This document shows, piece by piece, positions 45,931-51,981 of a stretch of DNA of 51,981 bases. The position numbers were made by a program, and so were the translations under genes. This stretch comes from a bacterium. GTDB lineage: Bacteria > Patescibacteriota > Saccharimonadia > Saccharimonadales > SZUA-47. Positions within the stretch are counted from its first letter, which is position 1. Every line of letters begins with the position of its first letter. The notes under the pieces were generated by a model, which had not been told where the DNA came from, did no database searches, and worked only from the letters and a program-made list of their open reading frames with translations. The stretch covers positions 1 through 51,981 of the forward strand of contig JAUIKH010000001.1 of NCBI GenBank assembly GCA_030430915.1, in the 5' to 3' direction.

Positions 45931-47712
45931 TTACTCTGATGCTGCTACCCTATTAACTTCAGCTATTGTTGTCATACCGCTTAATGCTTTTAGGTAACCA
46001 TCCTGACGCATTGTTATCATGCCCTCTTTTTGAGCTACATGCTGTATCTCAGAGCTAGTTGATCTTTTTAAAATCAGTTCTTGAATAGCCTCGGTGACTT
46101 CAAAAACCTCATACAGCCCCATCCTGCCTTTAAAGCCGTCCGGTGCCTCAGGCGTTGGTTTGCCCTTAAACAAAGTATAAGCGTTTTCACTACCTAGAGG
46201 CAAGTTAGAATAGCCTAGACTCTTAGAAACTGTTGATACCTCTTCTCTTTTTTTCGGTAAAATGTCACCCAAAGTAGCAATTATCCCCTCAGTTTCTGCC
46301 TTACTAGATTTATACGGATCTTTTTCGTCAAGATTTCTCCTGACTAATCTCTGTCCAATAACGGTATTTACTGTACTGGCAATCAAAAATGGTTCGATTC
46401 CCATGTCCAAAAGTCTAGGTAAAATTCCAGCCGCTGAGTTAGTGTGGAGTGTAGAAAAGACCAAGTGACCTGTTAGTGCTGCTTGTACCGCTAGCGTAGC
46501 AGTTTCTTTATCTCGAATTTCTCCAACCATCACAACGTCTGGGTCTTGACGTAAAATTGAGCGTAAACCTGATGAAAAAGTTAAGCCAACGTCAGCATTA
46601 ACTTGAATTTGATTAATGCCACTCATTTTATATTCGACGGGGTCTTCTAGGGTTACTATGTTTATCTCATCACTAATAATCTCTTGCAAGAGTGCATAAA
46701 GCGACGTAGACTTACCGGACCCAGTTGGGCCACTGGTTAAAATCATTCCGTTGGGCCTCTCTAGGCCTTTTCTGATAACTTTTAGTGACCTGCCAATATA
46801 GCCCATATCTTCCAGTTTCAGCGATGTACCGCTTTTATCTAATAGTCGGATTACTACTTGCTCACCCCAAACGACTGGAGATATTGCGATACGCAAATCA
46901 ATTGTTCTCCCGTCTACCATAATTGAAAATTGACCATCTTGAGGGATTCGATGTTCATCAATTTTCAAATTTGCCAAGATTTTTATACGAGACACCAGTG
47001 GCGCTTCAGTACTTTTAGGTGTTTGCATAATCTCTCTCAAAACACCATCCACTCTGGCTCTAATTTTCAGCTTATCTTTTGTCGGTTCTATATGTATATC
47101 ACTAGCACTGTTTTTAGCCGCGTAGTTAAGAATGCTTGATAGCGCTTTGCTAATAGGTGAGTCATTAGATATCTCTGCAATCTTTTGGCTCGCCTCCTCT
47201 TCCTCTGGAGTGGTTTTTTCAGTCTTTTCTAGCTGAGCATCCAATGCACTAGCCACATCCCTGCCTAGATCACCTTTGTACTGCTTTAAGACATTTTTTA
47301 TACCTTCTTCACTAGCGGCATAAACCTTTAGTGGACGTCCGATTTTTTTACTTAAGAAATCAACAGCTTGTACATTATCAGCATCAAGCATTGCTACAAC
47401 TAGCCTATTTTTCATTTCTCCTAATGGAACCGACATATACCGTTCAGCAACTTCTTGTGGCAATGTAGATAAAATTTTTGGGTCAATATTTGCCTTGGTT
47501 AAATTTACATAAGGCATCTTGGTAACATGAGCTATTGTTTTGGTTAAATCTTCATTAGAAACATGGCCTTCTGAAACTATAGTAGAAAATAGCGGACTAC
47601 TCTTTTTTTCGGACTTTTCTTTAATTTTTTTTAGGTCCTCAGCAGTTATCAGCCCTTGTTCTACAATGGCTTTTTCAACCTGTTTTTGAACCGCGGTCGA
47701 TAATACACTCAT
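45931..47712 (-). CDS. pilB: type IV pilus assembly ATPase PilB (GspE family)
   Basis: 593-aa ORF. GspE N-terminal domain, SDIHIEP, Walker A GPTGSGKSTS, TLEDPVEY, DPDVVMVGEIRD, STLHTNSA. Confidence 0.93.
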   Translation of the reverse strand: MSVLSTAVQKQVEKAIVEQGLITAEDLKKIKEKSEKKSSPLFSTIVSEGHVSNEDLTKTIAHVTKMPYVNLTKANIDPKILSTLPQEVAERYMSVPLGEMKNRLVVAMLDADNVQAVDFLSKKIGRPLKVYAASEEGIKNVLKQYKGDLGRDVASALDAQLEKTEKTTPEEEEASQKIAEISNDSPISKALSSILNYAAKNSASDIHIEPTKDKLKIRARVDGVLREIMQTPKSTEAPLVSRIKILANLKIDEHRIPQDGQFSIMVDGRTIDLRIAISPVVWGEQVVIRLLDKSGTSLKLEDMGYIGRSLKVIRKGLERPNGMILTSGPTGSGKSTSLYALLQEIISDEINIVTLEDPVEYKMSGINQIQVNADVGLTFSSGLRSILRQDPDVVMVGEIRDKETATLAVQAALTGHLVFSTLHTNSAAGILPRLLDMGIEPFLIASTVNTVIGQRLVRRNLDEKDPYKSSKAETEGIIATLGDILPKKREEVSTVSKSLGYSNLPLGSENAYTLFKGKPTPEAPDGFKGRMGLYEVFEVTEAIQELILKRSTSSEIQHVAQKEGMITMRQDGYLKALSGMTTIAEVNRVAASE

Positions 47713-47730
47713 GATTTAAGAGTGCTACCT

Positions 47731-47976
47731 TTACTGCGTACCTGAAAACGGATTGCTTTGTTCAAATTGTATTTCGAAATCCCTGACAGGATTAATTGAC
47801 TGACTATTAAAATATACGCTGCTCGGCCTATTAAACTCTGTAGAGATTGCCTCAACTGTCTCAACTTTTTCCTTACGGTCTTCTGGAGTCGTGAAGATTT
47901 TTCCTGAAATTATTATAGAGGCTACTGCACTTACAATAGCAACGACTATGAGTACACCAATATCTTTTGTCTTCAT
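47731..47976 (-). CDS. small single-pass membrane protein within the pilMNO-pilB run
   Basis: 81-aa ORF with TM helix IGVLIVVAIVSAVASIIISG. It abuts pilO without a gap. It could play a PilP-like role, but this is not recognisable by sequence. Confidence 0.5.
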   Translation of the reverse strand: MKTKDIGVLIVVAIVSAVASIIISGKIFTTPEDRKEKVETVEAISTEFNRPSSVYFNSQSINPVRDFEIQFEQSNPFSGTQ

Positions 47977-48663
47977 TTATTTAACCTCCTTAGAGCCTAA
48001 TTCAAATGTCTTCGGATATGCAAAGAATGTATGCAGTGAAAGTTGTGTGTTTATATTTCCTGAACTTATAGACATATCTAGGCTATCCACATACATTGGT
48101 CTTATTGATCTCTCTAAAGTAGTGAGTAATTCTTTTGTTCTGTCCTGACTAGCCGTGAAAGAAAATGAGTACGGTACTTCTACGACTTCTGCATTCGCTT
48201 GATCTGAAGAAACAAGTCCTGAGTCCTCTTGTCCACCCAAAGCTTCAATTAAGTACCCGCCGTCTTTTAGTATTTTTTCAAAGCTACTGGCAAGCGCAGG
48301 ATAATCATACTTATCAGGCAATGCATCTAGTACAAGCTTATCATTTCTACCGTCTATGCCGCCTTTAGCTTCAGGCTCTGGATTGCCGCCAAGGATATTC
48401 TGTTTTTCATCAACAAACGCATCATACGATTTCTTCAAAGTTACTAAGTCTTCTTGATTTTTTTCTAGTAGCTTCAGAGTCTCTTCTTTTGCACCGCTTA
48501 CTCTGTTGTGATACAAACTCTGGCTAAATAATGCTTTTATTGCAAAAAGGCTAAACACTACAATAAATATAGCGGTTCCAACAGCCACCAAAGTAGTTGT
48601 ATTTGTCTTATCAATTATATCGTGTTTGATTGATTTGTGGCCTGCTGAAGCTTTTTGTGGCAT
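47977..48663 (-). CDS. pilO: PilO-like pilus assembly protein
   Basis: 228-aa ORF with one TM helix, then a coiled-coil and an alpha/beta domain. The call rests on its position after pilN, not on a strong motif. Confidence 0.55.
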   Translation of the reverse strand: MPQKASAGHKSIKHDIIDKTNTTTLVAVGTAIFIVVFSLFAIKALFSQSLYHNRVSGAKEETLKLLEKNQEDLVTLKKSYDAFVDEKQNILGGNPEPEAKGGIDGRNDKLVLDALPDKYDYPALASSFEKILKDGGYLIEALGGQEDSGLVSSDQANAEVVEVPYSFSFTASQDRTKELLTTLERSIRPMYVDSLDMSISSGNINTQLSLHTFFAYPKTFELGSKEVK

Positions 48664-49388
48664 TATTGTTGACCTCCATTTGGATTTTCTGGGTTTTCAG
48701 GTGGCGCTGTAGTATACGTTGTGTCGGCCAGTATCATTGTAATTTCTTGAGTATTGTCATAAATTATTGGATCAAACGTAAATTTAATCGTAAAAGATGC
48801 ATCTTCGTTTGTCCCACTTAGAGTTGTCTCCAGGTCTGTATATGGATTTTGACTCTCTGATTTTACGGTCTTGAGTATACTTACTTCTGATGCGCCATCA
48901 GCATTTTTAGTAATACTTTCTAGCTCTTCATTGGTTATAAACTTTACAGACTTTAATGTATCGACATAACGATTAACTGTAGCTATCGAGTCAGCTTTGC
49001 CACTGATTTCCATGGTTGATGACTCCATATCAAGATTTAGTGTTGATAGCTTAACTTCATTCGGGCTGACAAAGGTCATGTAGTCAAACACTCGAGATGT
49101 TTCTGGCTTACTTTCATGTATTCCTGGTAGATGTGACAGCTGACTCTGAATTGTTAAGATTTTATCAAGGTCTTCTGTAGATTTGATTTCGTTTGATACA
49201 GTCTTGATGTCTTCAGTTAAATCATCTATATGATTTTTTTGTCCAACCTGAACGTATAAAAACATAATCACAACTATCCCAATAGAAACTGCTGAGGCTA
49301 AAAAGGCCGAAGATACTAAAAGCCTGCGTTGACGTCTAGCTTTAACGTATTCTTTTTTTACGTCTGGTAATAGATTAAATTGCAGCAT
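48663..49388 (-). CDS. pilN: PilN-like pilus assembly protein
   Basis: 241-aa ORF starting MLQFNLLPDVKKEYVKARRQRR (the NLLP motif typical of PilN), followed by a TM helix. Start and stop are coupled to pilM and pilO. Confidence 0.7.
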   Translation of the reverse strand: MLQFNLLPDVKKEYVKARRQRRLLVSSAFLASAVSIGIVVIMFLYVQVGQKNHIDDLTEDIKTVSNEIKSTEDLDKILTIQSQLSHLPGIHESKPETSRVFDYMTFVSPNEVKLSTLNLDMESSTMEISGKADSIATVNRYVDTLKSVKFITNEELESITKNADGASEVSILKTVKSESQNPYTDLETTLSGTNEDASFTIKFTFDPIIYDNTQEITMILADTTYTTAPPENPENPNGGQQ

Positions 49389-50425
49389 TATTCAATCCTC
49401 TCCGCGAGTCCTGCTGCAACAGCAAATTTATTAGAAACTGCTAATAATTCATTCTGCTTATTTGGGGGGAAACTGACATTATGCCATGCACTACCTATTT
49501 CCACACTTATGCCAAATTTATTGGCCAATGTTAGTGGTAATTCGGGTAAAGTAGACGCCCCTCCCGTAACTAGTATTCTTGTAATTTTATTCTCAGGATA
49601 TCTAGTGTTCAAAAATTTGATTGATTTCTCAATTTCTGCCGTCAAGACCTCGATAGATCCTTCAATAGCATTATAGATTTGACCCTCTAGCTTATCTTTG
49701 CTCAGACCAAATTTGAATACAAATTGCTGCGCCTGCTTCTCATCTATACTTAAGCTTCGCATTGCTGACTTAATTACATCCTCAATACCTACAGGTATAG
49801 ATCGAATCAGTCTTGGTGCATCGTTGATTGTTATAACAAGGTCTGTCGCTAAATCTCCCATATCTAATATCAATGTTGGCTCACTATTACCGTGAGCAAT
49901 CAATGATCTGGTTATAGCCATACTATCCGGCTCAAATGCAATGACGTTCAGACCGATTGACTCAAGCATGTCTAATCTTTTCTCTACAAAATCATTACTA
50001 ACACTTGATAGTAATAACTCGACTTTACTTGCCTCCTTGGGTGAATCGCCAAGTAGTGCCCAGTCTATCTTTGACTCAGCTAGCGGTGTTGGTATCAGAG
50101 AGTCTGCCTGAAACTTAATAGTTTTTTCTAGCTCCGAAGGACTTAGTCTGTCTACATCAACTACTGTGCTAAACACTTTTTGTGACGGTAAGCCTACAGC
50201 CACGCTTGGCGTAGATATGCCGCTCTGATTAATAAGCTGTTTGATTGCTTGGGCCAATTTTTGCTGATCAGCGTGGGCATCACTTCTAGAAATTTTTGTG
50301 TCAATATCAAGAGATCCATAGCTCACAAGAACTTTGTTTTTGTTGCCCCGCATTTGCACCACCCTTATGGCTGTGGTACCGATGTCTAGGCCGAAAAAAT
50401 CTGATCCAATCGATAATAAACCCAT
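49388..50425 (-). CDS. pilM: PilM, actin-like ATPase of the type IV pilus alignment complex
   Basis: 345-aa ORF. FGLDIGTTAIRVVQM (phosphate-1 motif), ILDMGDLATDLV, VTGGASTLPELP. Confidence 0.85.
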   Translation of the reverse strand: MGLLSIGSDFFGLDIGTTAIRVVQMRGNKNKVLVSYGSLDIDTKISRSDAHADQQKLAQAIKQLINQSGISTPSVAVGLPSQKVFSTVVDVDRLSPSELEKTIKFQADSLIPTPLAESKIDWALLGDSPKEASKVELLLSSVSNDFVEKRLDMLESIGLNVIAFEPDSMAITRSLIAHGNSEPTLILDMGDLATDLVITINDAPRLIRSIPVGIEDVIKSAMRSLSIDEKQAQQFVFKFGLSKDKLEGQIYNAIEGSIEVLTAEIEKSIKFLNTRYPENKITRILVTGGASTLPELPLTLANKFGISVEIGSAWHNVSFPPNKQNELLAVSNKFAVAAGLAERIE

Positions 50426-50517
50426 AGCGTTATTGCCTATTATAAAGCATATGTTTAAATTTCCTATACTTATTTAGGAAAATTATTTTAAAGAGTAATA
50501 ATTTAGCAATTTAGATG

Positions 50518-51006
50518 TTATTTTTTGAGATTGTTGATAATGTATTCTAGACCATCAAGCATTTCGTTGGATCTATTGATAGCCGACCTAGCGGTAGATG
50601 GATTTGTAGTTTCACTGAATTCGAAGCCATCTTTAGCAGATGACACCTCTATAGTTGCTCTAACTTCGGGCTTTTTCGGATCGGTAAAAAATATTTTCAT
50701 CTCGCTAGCATCCGCTTCTGTAATCTGAAAGTAAATCATCATATCCGCGTCAGGCACACTGCCTGTCATTTCGGCTGAATATAATACGCTCATCCTTGGT
50801 GTTGAATAATAGAAGCTCCCAGTGCCATCTGAGTATATATCTACGGTAGACTGTATTCCGTATCCAGCAGCGTTAATAGACAAATCTCTACAAAGCTTCA
50901 TAGCTCGTCTTGCAATGCTTTCTCCAGTGTAACTCTCATTAACCACAGCTTCTTGCTTCTTCTGTGGCTCTGGAGGCACCCATTTATCTATAGTGTCTTT
51001 CGGCAT
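50518..51006 (-). CDS. hypothetical protein, paralog of the C-terminal half of the next gene
   Basis: 162-aa ORF. YTGESIARRAM..STP.. aligns by eye with YEGEHIVNRAM..STP.. of 51050-51895. Confidence 0.55.
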   Translation of the reverse strand: MPKDTIDKWVPPEPQKKQEAVVNESYTGESIARRAMKLCRDLSINAAGYGIQSTVDIYSDGTGSFYYSTPRMSVLYSAEMTGSVPDADMMIYFQITEADASEMKIFFTDPKKPEVRATIEVSSAKDGFEFSETTNPSTARSAINRSNEMLDGLEYIINNLKK

Positions 51007-51049
51007 TGTTAATATTATACCTTTCTCTTTTCAACAATAATTTATTTAT

Positions 51050-51895
51050 TTACTGAGATGAAGTAACATTGTCTAAGACTTTTTCGGAATGAGACTTTAA
51101 TTCACTGCTATCTACTGAAGCATTTGGATAAGCATCAGGCGTATTTGTATAAGCACCACCATTTTCATCAACTACTAGTACAGAAGGATTTTCTGTAGAT
51201 CCTTCTTGTCCAGCCAAGGGACCAAAATGTACTTCAAGCGTTCTCCCATCTGAGTCCGTTATGCTAAACCATTTCTCTTTTTGGCTTTCCTCAGATGAGT
51301 CCATACTAATTTTACCTTTTTCTATTTCACCTCCGACAGTTATGGAATAATCTGGGGTAGACCAGTTTATATTACCCTCTCCGCTAGCATCTTCACTCGC
51401 TTGCGAATTAAAGTTCAGGACACCACTCGCTGTATTTTCAGGGAATTTTATAAAGCTATCAAGAAAGTTCATGGCTCTATTAACTATATGTTCACCTTCG
51501 TATTTTTCTGGGAACTCAATTTCTAAGCTGTCCGGTCCAACTGTACTTTCTCTTTCTGCAGTCGCAGCCTCACCAATATCAACTTTTGGATTAGCAGGTT
51601 TTGCCGGCGTTTGAACTGTAGTTGTAGTTGAATCATTTGATTTTGGACCACCCCACTCTTCTGGAAGTTCTATTTCTGGTTCAGCTCCCTTCAAAGGCCG
51701 GTTTTGGTCGACTTCTTGTTCCTGTAGATTTTCAGAAGAAGCTGGGCTACCATCCAAGGCATCGCTTGCTATTTTCGCACCGCCAGCTAATGCGACACCC
51801 GCCGCTACAACTGCAACGCCTTTCTTTATTTTGCTTGGTGCGCTATCTTCTTCTACCGGATTCTGTGGTTGTTGATTTTGATTATTTGGTGGCAT
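51050..51895 (-). CDS. hypothetical membrane-anchored/secreted protein
   Basis: 281-aa ORF. N-terminal Q/P-rich segment, TM/signal helix VAVVAAGVALAGGA, an acidic linker, and a C-terminal domain shared with 50518-51006. Confidence 0.55.
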   Translation of the reverse strand: MPPNNQNQQPQNPVEEDSAPSKIKKGVAVVAAGVALAGGAKIASDALDGSPASSENLQEQEVDQNRPLKGAEPEIELPEEWGGPKSNDSTTTTVQTPAKPANPKVDIGEAATAERESTVGPDSLEIEFPEKYEGEHIVNRAMNFLDSFIKFPENTASGVLNFNSQASEDASGEGNINWSTPDYSITVGGEIEKGKISMDSSEESQKEKWFSITDSDGRTLEVHFGPLAGQEGSTENPSVLVVDENGGAYTNTPDAYPNASVDSSELKSHSEKVLDNVTSSQ

Positions 51896-51981
51896 ATTTT
51901 TCCTTTTCTATTTTTTTGTAATTTTTGTTTTATTTACTAGACCTATATATTAACACACTATTCAATAAAAAGCAACCCTAT

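Overview
The window is a gene-dense, low-GC chromosomal segment, mostly on the minus strand. By inference only, gene content fits a small-genome, Gram-positive-type Patescibacteria/CPR organism such as Saccharibacteria. Supporting features are a full type IV pilus cluster, an LPXTG surface protein, an expanded 16S helix and many short hypothetical membrane proteins.

Contents from left to right:
- 5' end of a 16S rRNA gene, then gyrA and gyrB
- a sortase-anchored surface protein
- an orphan VirD4/TraG-like coupling ATPase operon
- a ~1.15 kb ORF-free AT-rich region
- comM, infC-rpmI-rplT and RNase P RNA
- housekeeping genes: an ASCH-RNase HI fusion, an M50 protease, pheA, rpmB, miaA, an alkyltransferase-like protein, thrS, tgt, nrdR, ndk and xerC/D
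- four tRNA genes (Val-GAC, Gly-CCC, Asp-GUC, Arg-CCU), all with encoded CCA
- a ~12.4 kb type IV pilus cluster: pilM-N-O, pilB, pilT, pilC, major pilin, pilD and four minor pilins

I see no CRISPR array, transposase, prophage or recognisable multi-gene defence system. The signals that ordinary annotation does not explain are RNA- or DNA-structure level:
1. tRNA-Asp and tRNA-Arg are each followed at ~190 bp by a copy of their own 3' end. The intervening structured segments share a CCTGTAAGG hairpin, and tRNA-Arg also has a 5' pseudo-copy.
2. A T-box-like leader with an ACC-bearing hairpin lies upstream of the GNAT-thrS operon.
3. Two copies of a TGTACA-centred palindrome bracket pilD, and a triple AATGTTAA repeat sits in the pilin promoter.
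4. Several promoter-to-terminator units without ORFs may be small RNAs or leaders.
5. There is a 20-bp perfect inverted repeat, and tgt carries a GC-rich in-frame insertion.

All functional calls rest on motifs read by eye from the translations. No searches were run.
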